Source: Octopus vulgaris (taxonomy: Eukaryota). Taken from it: a stretch of DNA of 64,000 bases. The notes beneath the pieces are model-generated. The model ran no database searches. It had not been told where the DNA came from and worked only from the letters and a program-made list of their open reading frames with translations. Shown in pieces: positions 63,371 through 64,000 of this stretch. The position numbers and the translations under genes are program-made. The stretch is from assembly GCA_951406725.2 (NCBI GenBank), contig OX597818.1, forward strand, positions 111,104,001-111,168,000. Direction: 5' to 3'. Numbering within the stretch: position 1 is the first letter of the stretch; each line of letters begins with the position of its first letter.

Positions 63371-63476
63371 GATAAAATTCCAATCTGCTTTCTTCAGAAC
63401 ATATTCTGCTTCACCATTTGTATAATGATATCTTTCTCGTAACACATAAAACAGATCAAGATGTGATTCTGGTTCA
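63371..63476 (-). CDS. Exon E1 (106 nt, phase 2->0): EPESHLDLFYVLRERYHYTNGEAEYVLKKADWNFI, UBA-like motif 1
   Basis: Acceptor tgtttttcttctag, donor GTATGT; A-x-x-x-L-x-x-x-x-W-N motif parallels E7. Confidence 0.8.
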
Positions 63477-64000
63477 CTAGAAGAAAAACATATACATATA
63501 AAAATGTGTATAATATAATATATTACATTACCTAATATATATATAAACATACTAAGTTACTTTATCCTTGTCAGTTAAAAGGATTCTTTAACAAAAAATC
63601 ACTTTAACCTGTTTAGTACCAACAAATGTGAGACTGTCCCTAACCCTACAACCAAAATTTAATGCTATTTCATGTCCCAATGACCAGCTTAACAAGAATA
63701 AAGATATTTTCCTGAATTTTTCAAGAATTTCAAAATTAACTGTAGCAAAGGATGAATATTTCAACACAAAAATGGTAACAAAAGCATGAAACTTACAACT
63801 CTACTGACTCATGGGACTACATGACTGCTAAAAATATGTACAGGATTGTCTTAATAAGTTGTCTCCTATCAGATAAATGACCTCATTTGACATTACATTC
63901 AATGTGAAACTTCACAACATACATACATTGAAGGTTCGTGGCTTAGTGATTAGGGCACTCAGCAAACAATTGTAAAGTTGTGAGTTCAATTTCTGGCAGC

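Larger units (their letters stand above)
1031..63476 (-). other. Partial multi-exon protein-coding gene (21 exons in window, start and stop outside): two UBA-like motifs plus tandem ~32-aa helical repeats
   Basis: 21 exons with canonical AG/GT sites splice to 1231 nt (1+410 codons) with no stop; intron phases alternate 0/2 throughout; paralogous exons sit at equivalent positions in duplicated intron blocks. Confidence 0.85.

Overview
AT-rich, repeat-dense animal genomic DNA. The SINE/RTE/microsatellite repertoire suggests an octopus-like cephalopod (inference, not verified). The whole window is the interior of one minus-strand gene that the ORF track largely misses. I reconstructed 21 small exons (23-106 nt, all GT-AG) from 63476 down to 1031. 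They splice into a stop-free 410-codon frame with strictly alternating intron phases 0/2/0/2. The protein has two UBA-like motifs followed by about 6.5 tandem ~32-aa helical repeats (PAH-like), each encoded by a 62-65 nt exon plus a 28-37 nt micro-exon and amplified as a 4-exon, ~6-11 kb genomic unit. In these duplicated units the best-conserved intron blocks are ~95-98% identical by manual count, while the exons are only ~50-70% identical: a hypervariable micro-exon repeat gene. The introns hold a near-intact RTE LINE nested in a Penelope-like element, other RTE, Penelope, mariner, piggyBac, hAT and Helitron remnants, many tRNA-derived SINEs, several hammerhead-ribozyme motifs and a 2-kb hairpin minisatellite with orientation flips. 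All alignments and counts were done by eye.
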